Positions 19,979-30,253 are shown, counted from the first letter of the stretch. The stretch: DNA of 64,000 bases from Patescibacteria group bacterium (GCA_022703425.1 JAKLDQ010000001.1:36243-100242); one strand, 5' to 3'. The notes: generated by a model not told the origin, from the letters alone. Program-made: numbers and translations.

Positions 19979-20866
19979 ATGGAATTAATAATTAAGTTTT
20001 TAAAATATTTTCTTTTAGTCGTAACCACCAGCTTAATTCTTCTTGCGCTTCTGTTTTTGGAATCCGTCCTGTTTTCTTCAAAAGAAAATAGCATTGCATA
20101 TTCCGCAACATTTCTTGCATCCATTATTTTGATTTTCTGGCTTTACAGATATTTGGACAAGCAAAACACCGGGAAAAGATCCGAGAGAACGTTAATGAGA
20201 AGAAGTTCTGCGGTAATGCATAACATTAAAAATTCTCTTGCTGCAGAAAAATGGTCCCTGAAAATGCTTGCAGAGGGGGATTTTGGGAAAGTCACTGAGG
20301 AGCAAAAAGCAGTGCTGGAAAAACTTTTTAACAAAAATTCACAAATGATTACCCTTTTGGGAAACTTAATAATTGAGAAGAACGGGGGAGAAATAAAAGA
20401 CGCCCACGTCAACCTTGAAGAGGCAATAAATGATTTAATTTATGATAACAGCGGTTTGATTTCGGCAAAAAAAATATCGTTGGAATTTAAGAATTTGTCT
20501 TATGCACCACCCATTGCAATTGGCGATGCACAAGGCATAAAATCGGCATTGCAGAGCGTGTTTGAAAATGCGGTCAAATATACTCCCGAAGATGGCAATA
20601 TTTCTATCAGTCTGAAAACAAATAAAAACGAAATTGAAGTAAAAATACAGGATACCGGAATTGGAATACCAAAAGACCAGCAGGATAGGGTATTTTCAAA
20701 GTTTTTTAGAGCAAGTAACGCAAGCGAGATGGTTTCAACTGGTACGGGAATGGGTCTTTATATTGCAAATGACTTAGTAAAAGCGAACGGTGGGAAAATC
20801 TGGTTTACATCCGAACAAGGCGAGGGAAGCGCATTCTATATCAGTTTTCCGCGAAAAGAATTTTAA
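19979..20866 (+). CDS. sensor histidine kinase
   Basis: two N-terminal TMs; HATPase_c G-boxes (DTGIGIP, GTGMGLYIA). Confidence 0.75.
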   Translation: MELIIKFLKYFLLVVTTSLILLALLFLESVLFSSKENSIAYSATFLASIILIFWLYRYLDKQNTGKRSERTLMRRSSAVMHNIKNSLAAEKWSLKMLAEGDFGKVTEEQKAVLEKLFNKNSQMITLLGNLIIEKNGGEIKDAHVNLEEAINDLIYDNSGLISAKKISLEFKNLSYAPPIAIGDAQGIKSALQSVFENAVKYTPEDGNISISLKTNKNEIEVKIQDTGIGIPKDQQDRVFSKFFRASNASEMVSTGTGMGLYIANDLVKANGGKIWFTSEQGEGSAFYISFPRKEF

Positions 20867-20896
20867 TTAAAAAATAGAAATTAATAATTTAAAAAT

Positions 20897-21262
20897 ATGG
20901 GGAAAAACATTTTAATCATCGAAGACGACGAGTTTTTAATCGGTTTGCTTGGGAAAAAGCTAAAATCGGAAGGATTTGAAGTTTCGATGGCAAAAGACGG
21001 GAAAACCGGCGCAAAAAAAGCAAAACAGGAAAAGCCGGATTTGGTTTTGCTTGATTTGTTGTTGCCGGAAATCGATGGGTTTGAGGTGCTGGCAATGTTG
21101 AAATCAGATCCGGAGGTAAAAAATATTCCGGTGCTTGTTCTATCAAATTTAGATCAAAAAAGCGACATCGATAAGGTTATAAAACTTGGAGCGATGGAAT
21201 ATTTAATTAAAGCGCAATCAACTCCAGAAGAGATCGTGGATAGAATCAAAAAAATTTCATGA
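20897..21262 (+). CDS. single-domain response regulator (receiver only)
   Basis: ILIIEDDE; LVLLDLLLP; K at the expected position; no output domain. Confidence 0.8.
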   Translation: MGKNILIIEDDEFLIGLLGKKLKSEGFEVSMAKDGKTGAKKAKQEKPDLVLLDLLLPEIDGFEVLAMLKSDPEVKNIPVLVLSNLDQKSDIDKVIKLGAMEYLIKAQSTPEEIVDRIKKIS

Positions 21263-23979
21263 AAATAGTTGCTGTTTATTACTGCGTACTCTTGTGCCTG
21301 GCGTTTTTTGCCGGAGCGCCTTTTGTGTCAGGCGCAGAAAACCTTAAATGGGACGAAATAATGCCTGCGGGAGATACCAACAAAAATTGGTATTCTGTTG
21401 CGGAAGATTCAACGGGGAACACAATTTTGATCGGAGTAAATGGCGGGCGCCTGTATTTATCTCAAGACGGCGGTTTTAGTTGGCAGGAAAAACAGCCGGC
21501 GGGGAACGCCGACAAAGCATGGCAGACTGTTGCATGCGATGGATCAGGAAAAAATTTAATTGCAGCTGTAAACAGCGGAAGACTTTATGTTAGTTCTGAC
21601 TTCGGCCAAAGTTGGCAGGAAAAACAGCCGGCTGGAAATTATAATAAGGCATGGAAAGCGTCCGCTTCAAATAGCACTGGATCGCAATTGCTCGCAGCTG
21701 TAAACAACGGAAGAATGTATATTTCGAGAGATTCTGGCGTAAACTGGTCAGAAGTCCGTCCAAATGGAAACAAAAACATGGGATGGAGCATGATTGAATC
21801 AAATTCTTCGGGATCTGTAATTATTGCCGGAGTGACGGGAGGCAATTTGTATTTATCAAAAGATTCCGGAAACAACTGGACTGAGGTAAAACCGCTTGGC
21901 GCAACAATAAAGGAGTGGATTTCTGCAGGCATGAGTTCGTCTGGATCCAATATAATAGTCGCTGCAAGAAACGGAAGACTATATATTTCTGCAGACACAG
22001 GAAGCACCTGGCGGGAAACACAACCAGCCGGAAACAGTAATAAAAATTGGAGCCGTGTTGATTCAGATTCGACAGGACAGCACCTGGTTGCAGCGATTTC
22101 AACGGGAAGTTTTTATACGTCATCTGACGGCGGACAAAAGTGGATTGAAAGATGGCCTGCCGGCGGAGGGAGTAAAAGCTGGTTTATCGCATCTTTAAAT
22201 GCCGGCGGCACAAGCTTTTTAGCAGGAGTTTATTCCGGAAGATTATATAAATCAAGCGTAACAACAGAACCTTCCCAGAATGAACCGGTGCTTTCAACGG
22301 TCGCAGGTTTGTATATAAAAGGAAAGCCCGGAAGGGCGATTGGGGCAAAATTTGGCTCTGTCAAAGGTTATGTGATAATTGCAGACAAAGACACATTAAA
22401 TGCAAGCACGGTTAAAGTTTCTCAATATATTTCTTCCTGGACAGATGAATTGGTCCTTTTTACCGTAAATCCGGGAACGCTGGCACAGGGTGTTCAGGCA
22501 TACGTTTACGTGCAAAAATCGACAGGAGAATATAATACCGCAGGATATCCGATTATAATCGGCGGCGGTCAGGCAGACGCAATTGCTCCAGTAATTGTCT
22601 CATCTGCGCCAAAAGCAAATGAATTTTTTGTTCCGATTGACACAAAAATCTCTCTTGAAATTTCCGACGCAAATCCCGGCATAAACAGATCCAGTATTCT
22701 TTTATATGTAAACAGTGCAAGAGTTGCTCCTGCAATCACGGAAGAAAACGGGAATTTAATTCTAGAATACACCCCTCCCGCGAATTTCAATTATTTTCAA
22801 AGCGTTTCAGTCCGTATTATTGCGAGTGATTTTGACGGCAATAAACTCGACAAGTCCTATGTCTTTAAGACGATCGCGACCAAGGCATATCCCGACGTTG
22901 CATGGGAATTATCTGTTTTGGCAGATGAAGGATATTCCGAAACAGATGTCGATAACACCGATACGATAAGGCTTCTGATTGACGGTGAAAAACTTGCTTT
23001 TTCCGCAGATAAAATTGCGCTGGAGTTTGTGGGCAGAAAAACGGATACTTATTATATAAGAAACGTATCAATAGCAGAAGCAGATATTTCCGCGGGTGAT
23101 GGTAAAATTGTTGCCGGCACGTGGAGAAAAGTTTTATTTGACAGTCAAAACGACAATACTTGGAAAAACTCAACTGTTGCTGTTCTTCCGGGCGGATACA
23201 AAACAAGCAAGCCCCTTGATTTTGTAATCTATCCGGACAAATTTTATTACGTAACTTTTAAAAACATATCAAAAGCGGTAAAACAGACCGCATATCCGCA
23301 GGCAAGAGCGTTCAAGGTTTCCGGAACGGATTCGTCCGGAAGGGCGGTTGACTTTTCGATGACATTGGACTGGACAAATCCTTCCGCCGGAGAATTTTAC
23401 AATTTAAGCAGGATTTATGCAGTAAATGTAATTGCACGAACGCGCAGGTTGACCGTAAACACTAATTCCGGCGGAACAGTAACAAAAAATCCTGACAAGC
23501 CGTTTTATCTTGATGGAGAAAGAATAACTCTCCAAGCGACGCCACCGCAGGGATATGTGTTTGCATGGTGGTCTGGCGAAAATTTTATGAAAGCTTTAAA
23601 TCCCCTGACATTGATTATGGATTCTGACAAAACTTTGAATGCAAACTTTATTCCTGTTTCATCGACAACATACACTCTGACGGTTATTTCTGAAAAAGGC
23701 GGTACGGGTGCCGATCAAATATATACATCAAGATATATGGCAGGATCTGTGGTTGTCATGAAAGCAAGCTCCAATCCGCAATATAATTTTACAAACTGGT
23801 CGGGCGATGTAACAGGTACCAGCGCTCTGATTAATATCACAATGGATCGCGACAAAACAATTACTGCCCACTATGCTCCAATTTTAACCGGTCCTGTCAC
23901 TTCTGTTTTGCACAATCTGACAGCCGGGTTATGGAGCGGAGTAAAGAATTTATTAAATGCAATAGATTTGTTTAAATAA
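21259..23979 (+). CDS. secreted BNR/Asp-box repeat beta-propeller protein with C-terminal Ig-like domains
   Basis: eight or more SxDxGxxW motifs (SQDGGFSW, SSDFGQSW, SRDSGVNW ...); signal peptide. Confidence 0.7.
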   Translation: MKIVAVYYCVLLCLAFFAGAPFVSGAENLKWDEIMPAGDTNKNWYSVAEDSTGNTILIGVNGGRLYLSQDGGFSWQEKQPAGNADKAWQTVACDGSGKNLIAAVNSGRLYVSSDFGQSWQEKQPAGNYNKAWKASASNSTGSQLLAAVNNGRMYISRDSGVNWSEVRPNGNKNMGWSMIESNSSGSVIIAGVTGGNLYLSKDSGNNWTEVKPLGATIKEWISAGMSSSGSNIIVAARNGRLYISADTGSTWRETQPAGNSNKNWSRVDSDSTGQHLVAAISTGSFYTSSDGGQKWIERWPAGGGSKSWFIASLNAGGTSFLAGVYSGRLYKSSVTTEPSQNEPVLSTVAGLYIKGKPGRAIGAKFGSVKGYVIIADKDTLNASTVKVSQYISSWTDELVLFTVNPGTLAQGVQAYVYVQKSTGEYNTAGYPIIIGGGQADAIAPVIVSSAPKANEFFVPIDTKISLEISDANPGINRSSILLYVNSARVAPAITEENGNLILEYTPPANFNYFQSVSVRIIASDFDGNKLDKSYVFKTIATKAYPDVAWELSVLADEGYSETDVDNTDTIRLLIDGEKLAFSADKIALEFVGRKTDTYYIRNVSIAEADISAGDGKIVAGTWRKVLFDSQNDNTWKNSTVAVLPGGYKTSKPLDFVIYPDKFYYVTFKNISKAVKQTAYPQARAFKVSGTDSSGRAVDFSMTLDWTNPSAGEFYNLSRIYAVNVIARTRRLTVNTNSGGTVTKNPDKPFYLDGERITLQATPPQGYVFAWWSGENFMKALNPLTLIMDSDKTLNANFIPVSSTTYTLTVISEKGGTGADQIYTSRYMAGSVVVMKASSNPQYNFTNWSGDVTGTSALINITMDRDKTITAHYAPILTGPVTSVLHNLTAGLWSGVKNLLNAIDLFK

Positions 23980-23984
23980 TATAA

Positions 23985-24008
23985 AACGCCCCGCGTACGG
24001 GCGTTTTT
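23985..24008. terminator. bidirectional rho-independent terminator
   Basis: AAAACGCCCCGCGTACGGGCGTTTTT. Confidence 0.6.
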
Positions 24009-24014
24009 GTTTTG

Positions 24015-24085
24015 TCGGGATATTGGGATTTGAACCCAAACTAAATCCACCCCATGGACTCGTGCTACCGTTACACTATATCCCG
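24015..24085 (-). tRNA. tRNA-Pro, anticodon GGG; no encoded CCA
   Basis: hand-folded cloverleaf: acceptor CGGGATA/TATCCCG; U8; D-loop with GG; anticodon loop AUGGGGU; T-arm TTGGG-TTCAAAT-CCCAA; C1-G72 and A73 typical of tRNA-Pro. Confidence 0.75.
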
Positions 24086-24162
24086 CTAAAATAACTATCG
24101 CATAAATGTATAAAAAAATAAATGCTTTTAGCATCTATTTTCATTTTATATAGAAAGAAAGC

Positions 24163-24351
24163 TTAGACTTTCGAAGTTCTCTTAATGCACTTGGCACAAG
24201 CTAACACTCTTTTTCCGGAAGCCAAACGAACCCACTGAAGATTGGGGTACTTTCTTGATTTTTTTGTTGGGTTGTATTTTCCTCTCAATTTAACAAGAGT
24301 GACGCCCATTCCGGATTTCTTTCCGCAAATTGTACAAACTTTTTCTGCCAT
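24163..24351 (-). CDS. rpmB: 50S ribosomal protein L28, the 62-aa C-terminal part of the 118-aa ORF
   Basis: MAEKVCTICGKKSGMGVTLVKLRGKYNPTKK...LACAKCIK matches the L28 zinc-ribbon pattern; the upstream 56 codons are AT-rich read-through. Confidence 0.7.
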   Translation of the reverse strand: MAEKVCTICGKKSGMGVTLVKLRGKYNPTKKSRKYPNLQWVRLASGKRVLACAKCIKRTSKV

Positions 24352-24508
24352 ATACGTGTTAATTAATAAATCTATAATATACCATTTTTCAAATAATTGC
24401 AACCGTAATGACCATAAACGGGGGTCTTTTAATTTAAAAGATGTCTGGTAGAATATTGATTGTTGCTTTTGTTTGTATATATAAAAATTATCTGATAACA
24501 TAAAAAAT

Positions 24509-25138
24509 ATGGAACCCATTACGGCGATTTTTTCAATTATTGTTTTGCTTTTTTCTGTAATAATGCACGAGCTTGCCCATGGCAGTGTTGCTTATTCTTT
24601 GGGAGATCCTACTGCAAAATATGAAGGAAGGCTGACTTTAAATCCTTTAAAACACCTAGATCCCTTTGGCTCGGTTATATTGCCATTAATGCTTCTGGTT
24701 ATTACAGCTGGTGCGGGGCCGATATTCGGATGGGCAAAACCTGTCCCGGTAAATCCCTATAACCTCCGCGACCAAAAATGGGGTTCTTTAAAAGTGGCAA
24801 TTGCGGGCCCTGCAACAAACTTTGCAATCGCAATATTTTTTGGACTGATTATCAGATTTTTGGATATGCCCCAGACGACCCCTTTTATCAGCTTTCTGTC
24901 TTTAATTGCGCTGTATAATTTTCTGTGGGGGGTATTTAACCTTGTTCCGATTCCTCCTTTGGACGGGTCATGGATTTTATTCAGATTTTTGCCCGACGTA
25001 AGGATGAGAACTTTTCTTCAGCAGTATGGACTTTTTCTTCTGATATTTTTTATCTTTTTCGGAGGCCTGCAGGGCTTGGGTAATATCGCCGGTTTTCTGT
25101 ATTCGCTCGTAACTGGCACTCCTTTTATGTTTCTCTAA
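24509..25138 (+). CDS. M50-family site-2 protease-like membrane metalloprotease
   Basis: HELAHG; NLVPIPPLDG. Confidence 0.7.
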   Translation: MEPITAIFSIIVLLFSVIMHELAHGSVAYSLGDPTAKYEGRLTLNPLKHLDPFGSVILPLMLLVITAGAGPIFGWAKPVPVNPYNLRDQKWGSLKVAIAGPATNFAIAIFFGLIIRFLDMPQTTPFISFLSLIALYNFLWGVFNLVPIPPLDGSWILFRFLPDVRMRTFLQQYGLFLLIFFIFFGGLQGLGNIAGFLYSLVTGTPFMFL

Positions 25139-25232
25139 TAAAGGGGTTATTGACGTATTTGGGATTATTTGTTAAACTTACAAATACATAAGCGCAAGGC
25201 GCGCTTGTTTTTCTAAATCAATAAAATAAAAA

Positions 25233-25643
25233 ATGCCTACAATACATCAGTTAATAAAAAAGAACAGAAAGAGCGCAAAAAAGCGCAAAAAGACAGTTGC
25301 ACTGCAACGCGGTTTTAACGTTCTAAAAAACAGGCCTACAAATTATCCTTCACCTTTTAAGAGGGGAGTTTGCATCAAGGTTTTTACACAAACACCTAAA
25401 AAGCCTAACTCGGCTTTGAGAAAAGTCGCCAGAGTAAAGCTTTCAAACGGAATGGAGGTTACAGCCTACATCCCGGGAGAAGGGCATAACCTTCAGGAAC
25501 ACTCGGTTGTTTTAATCAGGGGAGGAAGAGTTAAGGACTTGCCCGGAGTAAGATATCACATTGTGAGAGGAGTTTTGGATACAGCCGGAGTCGAAAACAG
25601 AAAGCAAGAAAGATCAAAATACGGTACCAAAAAAGCCAAGTAA
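25233..25643 (+). CDS. rpsL: 30S ribosomal protein S12
   Basis: [11 protein letters not shown]; conserved S12 core. Confidence 0.95.
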   Translation: MPTIHQLIKKNRKSAKKRKKTVALQRGFNVLKNRPTNYPSPFKRGVCIKVFTQTPKKPNSALRKVARVKLSNGMEVTAYIPGEGHNLQEHSVVLIRGGRVKDLPGVRYHIVRGVLDTAGVENRKQERSKYGTKKAK

Positions 25644-25655
25644 TCTACTATATAT

Positions 25656-26120
25656 ATGAGAAGAGCCTACAAAAAACACAAAGCACAGCCGGATTCAGTT
25701 TACAACGACACAGCAATCGGGCAGTTTATAAACAAAGTAATGAAAGACGGGAAGAAAACGACCGCGCAGAGGATTGTTTATGATGCTTTCGAAATTATAA
25801 AAAACAAAACAAAAAAAGAGCCCGTTGAAATTTTCAGGCTCGCAATTGAAAACGCTTCGCCTCTTTTGGAAGTAAAGCCAAAGAGAATCGGAGGAGCCAC
25901 ATATCAGGTTCCCATGGAAGTAAGGGGAGAGAGAAAGCTGGCTTTGGCAACAAAATGGATTTTAGACGGAGCAAGAGCCAAGAAAGGAAAATCAATGGCA
26001 GAAAAACTGGCGCAGGAACTGATTGACTGCACAAACAACGAAGGTTCAGCCATCAAAAAGAAAAACGACACCCACAGAATGGCAGAAGCAAACAAAGCTT
26101 TCGCCCATTTTGCCAGGTAA
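25656..26120 (+). CDS. rpsG: 30S ribosomal protein S7
   Basis: S7 core; follows rpsL. Confidence 0.95.
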   Translation: MRRAYKKHKAQPDSVYNDTAIGQFINKVMKDGKKTTAQRIVYDAFEIIKNKTKKEPVEIFRLAIENASPLLEVKPKRIGGATYQVPMEVRGERKLALATKWILDGARAKKGKSMAEKLAQELIDCTNNEGSAIKKKNDTHRMAEANKAFAHFAR

Positions 26121-26164
26121 TATATTAAATTGTATACTCAAAGCATGGAACTTCGTTTCATGCT

Positions 26165-28252
26165 TTGTTTAAAATTATGCCTCGTAAACATCCTTTAGAC
26201 AAACTAAGAAATATCGGAATTATTGCTCACATCGATGCTGGAAAGACAACTTTCTCTGAGCGTCTTTTGTTTTACACCGGAGTTTCCCACAAAATCGGAG
26301 AAGTACACGAGGGAGAGGCAGTCATGGACTGGATGGTTCAGGAAAGAGAGAGGGGAATTACAATCACCTCCGCTGCCACGACAATGTATTGGAAAGATTA
26401 CCAGATAAACCTTATTGATACCCCCGGACACATCGACTTTACCGCCGAGGTTCAGAGGTCTCTAAGAGTTTTGGACGGCGCGGTTGTCGTATTTGACGGA
26501 GTTGCCGGAGTTGAGCCTCAGTCAGAAACAGTATGGAGACAGGCAGACAAATATTCTGTTCCAAGAATGTGCTTTGTTAACAAGCTGGACAGAATGGGAG
26601 CATCTTTCGACAAGAGCTTTGATTCAATTTTAAAAAAACTGACCCCGAATGCAGTTGCTATTGAAATTCCGATGGGTGTTGAAGAAAAAATGTCAGGTGT
26701 GATTGATCTGCTTAAAATGAAAGCATTGTATTTTGAAGGCGAAAAAGGAACAACAGTTGTAGAAAAAGAAATTCCGGAGGAATTTAAGGCAGAAGCTGAA
26801 AAATGGCACAAAATCGCAGTTGAAAAAATCGCAGGCGACGACGACATTCTTACAGAAAAATTTTTGGAGGGAAAAGAAATTTCTTTGGAAGAATTGAAAG
26901 CCGCTTTGAGGCGCGCAGTTCTTGCTTATAGGCTGGTTCCGGTTTTGTGCGGAACAGCACTGAAAAACAAGGGAGTCCAGCCCGTTTTGGATGCAGTTGT
27001 TGATTATCTTCCTTCTCCATTGGATTTGCCCGCACAAAAAGGAACAGATCCGAAAACAGCAGCTGTTATAGAAAGAAAGGCAGATGACAACGAACCGTTT
27101 GCCGCTTTGGTTTTTAAAATCGCAGCAGACCCTTATGTGGGAACTCTTACATATTTCAGGATTTATTCGGGAGTTTTGAAAAAGGGATCTTATGTTTTAA
27201 ATGCAAATACAGGAGAACAGGAAAGAATTGCCAGAATTTTGAGGATGCACGCCGATTCAAGGCAGGAATTGGACGAACTTTATGCCGGAGAAATCGGAGC
27301 AACTGTCGGATTGAAGGCAACAAACACAGGACACACTCTTTGTGAAAAGACAGCTCCTGTAATTCTGGAGAAAATCGTATTTCCAGAGCCCGTTATCGGA
27401 ATCAGAGTGGAGCCGAAAACAAAAGCCGACCAGGAGAAACTTATTATGTCTATCAGGAAGCTCACAGAAGAAGATCCGACTTTCAGAATCAAAGAGGACC
27501 TGGAAACAGGAGACACTGTTATTTCCGGAATGGGAGAACTGCACTTGGATATTATTGCCGACAGATTGAGGAGAGAGTTCCATGTTGACGCAAACTACGG
27601 AAGACCGCAGGTTGCATACAAAGAAACAATTTTGGCCGAAGCCAATGGTGAAGAAAAATATGTAAGGCAGTCGGGAGGAAAGGGACAATACGGACACGTA
27701 TTGCTGAAAATCAAGCCGAAAGAGAGGGGAGCGGGATTTGAATTCATCGATGAAATCAAGGGAGGAGCAATTCCAAAAGAATTTATCGCTCCTGTTGAAA
27801 AAGGAGTAAAAGAAGCAATGGACAAAGGAATCGTTGCAGGATATCCGATGGTTGATGTTGAAGTTACGCTTTATGACGGAAGCTATCACGATGTTGACTC
27901 ATCTGAATTCGCTTTCAAGATTGCAGGATCTATGGCATTCCAGAAAGCGGCCAAAGCTGCAAAACCGATCATACTTGAGCCGGTCATGAAAACAGAGGTT
28001 ATTACTCCGCCGGATTTCTTCGGACAGGTTATTTCTGATTTAAGTTCAAGAAGAGGAAAAATCGAAGAAACATCAGAAAGAGTCGGGATGAAAGTCATCG
28101 ATGTAATGGTTCCATTGTCTGAAATGTTTGGATATGCAACAGGATTGAGATCTCTCACAGAAGGAAGGGCGAGCTTTACAATGGAATTTGACCACTATGA
28201 ACAGGTGCCAGCTAATGTGGCACAAGAGATTATAGACGGAAAAAGACAGTAA
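26165..28252 (+). CDS. fusA: elongation factor G
   Basis: AHIDAGKTT; DTPGHIDF; NKLD; full EF-G domain set. Confidence 0.95.
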   Translation: MFKIMPRKHPLDKLRNIGIIAHIDAGKTTFSERLLFYTGVSHKIGEVHEGEAVMDWMVQERERGITITSAATTMYWKDYQINLIDTPGHIDFTAEVQRSLRVLDGAVVVFDGVAGVEPQSETVWRQADKYSVPRMCFVNKLDRMGASFDKSFDSILKKLTPNAVAIEIPMGVEEKMSGVIDLLKMKALYFEGEKGTTVVEKEIPEEFKAEAEKWHKIAVEKIAGDDDILTEKFLEGKEISLEELKAALRRAVLAYRLVPVLCGTALKNKGVQPVLDAVVDYLPSPLDLPAQKGTDPKTAAVIERKADDNEPFAALVFKIAADPYVGTLTYFRIYSGVLKKGSYVLNANTGEQERIARILRMHADSRQELDELYAGEIGATVGLKATNTGHTLCEKTAPVILEKIVFPEPVIGIRVEPKTKADQEKLIMSIRKLTEEDPTFRIKEDLETGDTVISGMGELHLDIIADRLRREFHVDANYGRPQVAYKETILAEANGEEKYVRQSGGKGQYGHVLLKIKPKERGAGFEFIDEIKGGAIPKEFIAPVEKGVKEAMDKGIVAGYPMVDVEVTLYDGSYHDVDSSEFAFKIAGSMAFQKAAKAAKPIILEPVMKTEVITPPDFFGQVISDLSSRRGKIEETSERVGMKVIDVMVPLSEMFGYATGLRSLTEGRASFTMEFDHYEQVPANVAQEIIDGKRQ

Positions 28253-28268
28253 ACTCTAATAAGTAAAA

Positions 28269-28294
28269 ATGCGCACGAAAATGCGCATTTTTTG
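28269..28294 (+). terminator. fusA rho-independent terminator
   Basis: ATGCGCACGAAAATGCGCAT followed by TTTTTT. Confidence 0.7.
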
Positions 28295-28310
28295 TTGAAA
28301 ACTAAAATTT

Positions 28311-28630
28311 GCCGAACGGCTCACTCCGCCAGGGCACCAGTGCAATATTAGGAATCAGATTTAGAATACAAAAAATGAGCTGATTTCAAGACGCAGCGAG
28401 GAGGTTGTGCAAAGTGTTTGCACATCGACGAAGCTGTAACGACGAAATCAGCCATTTTTTGTATTCCCTTCGGGGCGGGCCAATTACAGCAATCTTCTGC
28501 GTTGCTCGTCGCGAACGATGCATTTCTCGCTGCATCAGTTCGCTTCCTCGCGCCTTGAAATATTGCTGTAATTGGCTCCGCTAAATTGATTCTAATATTG
28601 TACTGGCGCCCTAGGAGCCGTTCGGGTTTT
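28311..28630. repeat. ~320-bp nested-palindrome element: ~45-bp imperfect terminal inverted repeats enclosing two internal ~100-nt hairpin arms; MITE-like or structured RNA
   Basis: CCGAACGGCTCACTCCGCCAGGGCACCAGTGCAATATTAG versus CTAATATTGTACTGGCGCCCTAGGAGCCGTTCGG; inner pairs GAATACAAAAAATGAGCTGATTTC/GAAATCAGCCATTTTTTGTATTC and GGGCCAATTACAGCAAT/ATTGCTGTAATTGGCTCC. Confidence 0.5.
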
Positions 28631-28639
28631 GTAAAAAAA

Positions 28640-28671
28640 GAGCCCCGTAGTATACCTATGGGGCAAAAAGT
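28640..28671 (-). terminator. rho-independent terminator of the minus-strand DUF4177 operon
   Basis: minus-strand GCCCC-13nt-GGGGC followed by TCTTTTTTT. Confidence 0.6.
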
Positions 28672-28704
28672 CTTTGTCTTGCGACTCAGATACATATATT
28701 TACT

Positions 28705-29010
28705 TTACTCCTGACCGGAATATTCCTCGCCGGGAGCCAAAGCTTGGTAATTCTTCCAGAGATCCCTCCGCATCTCCTCAGGGGAGGGAAGTTCTGATAA
28801 AGATTCCTCCGCTTCCTCAATCAGAGTGTGTCCGACGGAGGATGGTGTTTGCACTGCGGACGGATCGGGAACTTCGCGAATCAAGACGTAAACGAGCTCA
28901 CTTCTTGAAATGGTGACTTTCCATCCGTTCTTTTCATCTTTGCCTAATATCTTCCGGGAAATTTCCGGAGGCGTATCGATTGGCAGACGAATCTCTTTTG
29001 TTTCTTTCAC
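28705..29010 (-). CDS. DUF4177-like paralog 4 (partial similarity)
   Basis: GWKVTISRSELVYVLIREVPDPS shares the GW...IxEREVP(E/D) signature with the three upstream paralogs. Confidence 0.45.
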   Translation of the reverse strand: MKETKEIRLPIDTPPEISRKILGKDEKNGWKVTISRSELVYVLIREVPDPSAVQTPSSVGHTLIEEAEESLSELPSPEEMRRDLWKNYQALAPGEEYSGQE

Positions 29011-29112
29011 CGCGTTCTCCTTTCTTCGCCCGCCGTAGCTTTAGCGAAGGCGCGCTTTGACCAAAGTAGCTTGCGAAGGCGGGTTTTGTTGAGTTTGTCG
29101 GACCCGATGAGA

Positions 29113-29697
29113 CTATTCAAAGCCTCCGGGTTTTAGCTCCGAAAGCTGTCCAAGGGTCATCTCTCTTGTTTTGCTGTTCGGATTTACCTCCACTTTTCCC
29201 GGAGTTCTTTCAAAGTGTTCTCTGGGAATATCCCGGACAACAATTTCCTCGTCGGGCGGACGATCAAATTCGGGGATAGGTCCCCAAAATCTCTGGTCTC
29301 CTAATACTGGAAACCACCTGTTGCAACCAATTAAGAGATATTGTCCGCGTACCACTTTTACAATTTCTATTTCAGGTTCCTCTCCAATTTCTGTGAAATA
29401 ATATCCGTTGTCTGGACTTGTAGCCCTTTCAAGATTCGCCCAAACGGACTCCGGCTGTTCAATCCGGAATTTTCCGTCGTCACCGATAACTCTGCGCTCG
29501 ACAACCGTTTCGGGTGCGGGCGTTTTCGTTTCTGGAACTTCGCGCTCCATTAGAATAAATGAATCGTTGTAGAGAAACGAGCAGAGGGGTGGCACTATGC
29601 GCCATCCTTCCTTTGCCGCTGAATTCAGCTCTTTTGCCCAGTCATCGCTATCTGGACTGCCAAACGGCCGCAAGATTTTGTATTCTACCTTACTCAT
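29113..29697 (-). CDS. DUF4177-like domain protein with ~130-aa C-terminal extension (paralog 3)
   Basis: VEYKILRP...WAKELNSAAKEGWRIV...FILMEREVPETK; AAGGAG RBS. Confidence 0.55.
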   Translation of the reverse strand: MSKVEYKILRPFGSPDSDDWAKELNSAAKEGWRIVPPLCSFLYNDSFILMEREVPETKTPAPETVVERRVIGDDGKFRIEQPESVWANLERATSPDNGYYFTEIGEEPEIEIVKVVRGQYLLIGCNRWFPVLGDQRFWGPIPEFDRPPDEEIVVRDIPREHFERTPGKVEVNPNSKTREMTLGQLSELKPGGFE

Positions 29698-29720
29698 TGC
29701 AATCTCCTTTTTTTTATAGA

Positions 29721-30041
29721 TTAAAGCGGCCTTAGGCCAGAGTGCATTTGCCGGAAATGATCATCCAGATCACCCGGAAAACGCTTCTCGCAAAGCTGAC
29801 AATACATCTCGTATTCTGGCGAAGCCAGTTCCGGTAAGGCCGTTTCGGGAACCTCGCGCTCGAGAGTTGCAATATAAGCGAGAGTTGTCCCAGTTTCTCG
29901 AACCTTCGCTCCGGGAAAAACAGCTGAAAAAATAACCTTGTAGCCATTATTTGCCAATACATTCAGCGCTTTTTCGAACGATGTCGCGCCTTCTTCGGCT
30001 ACGCACTTGTATTCGTATCTTTTCATTGGGTTCTCCTTCAC
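29721..30041 (-). CDS. DUF4177-like domain protein with C-terminal C2H2-like zinc-finger motif (paralog 2)
   Basis: YEYKCV...FEKALNVLANNGYKVI...ATLEREVPETA; CQLCEKRFPGDLDDHFRQMH. Confidence 0.55.
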   Translation of the reverse strand: MKENPMKRYEYKCVAEEGATSFEKALNVLANNGYKVIFSAVFPGAKVRETGTTLAYIATLEREVPETALPELASPEYEMYCQLCEKRFPGDLDDHFRQMHSGLRPL

Positions 30042-30253
30042 ATTCCTGTGTCACAACCAGCAAACGCGTCGTGAGGTGTTGCGCCTTTCGGACGCTTGAA
30101 AACGAAGACGGTGACGTTCGGAGTGTGGCTGGTAATTGAGCGAAGTTCTGAAGAGGTTGTTAGCTCCCAGCCTTGCTCTCCAAACTTGTCGAGTTCTTTC
30201 TCAAGATCTTCCTGATCGTAAGTAAGTCGTTGACACATGTACTCCCACCTCAT
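30038..30253 (-). CDS. DUF4177-like small protein (paralog 1)
   Basis: MRWEYMCQRL...LEKELDKFGEQGWELTTSS...VFVFKRP matches the canonical DUF4177 pattern (WEYK...EELEkkLNeLGeeGWELV...FKRP). Confidence 0.6.
   Translation of the reverse strand: MRWEYMCQRLTYDQEDLEKELDKFGEQGWELTTSSELRSITSHTPNVTVFVFKRPKGATPHDAFAGCDTGM

Noticed and set aside
24352-24519. N-terminal 56 codons of the 118-aa minus-strand ORF
   Set aside because: Only the C-terminal 62 aa match ribosomal protein L28. The upstream part is AT-rich, unconserved-looking read-through.
28348-28695. 115-aa minus-strand ORF spanning the nested palindrome
   Set aside because: It lies entirely within the structured inverted-repeat element and the island terminator, has no RBS, and its composition simply mirrors the palindrome. 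Most likely spurious.
29171-29553. Plus-strand ORFs 29171-29401 and 29341-29553 inside the island
   Set aside because: They are antisense to the DUF4177-like genes, which have RBSs and a family signature. They are most likely chance ORFs in GC-rich DNA.
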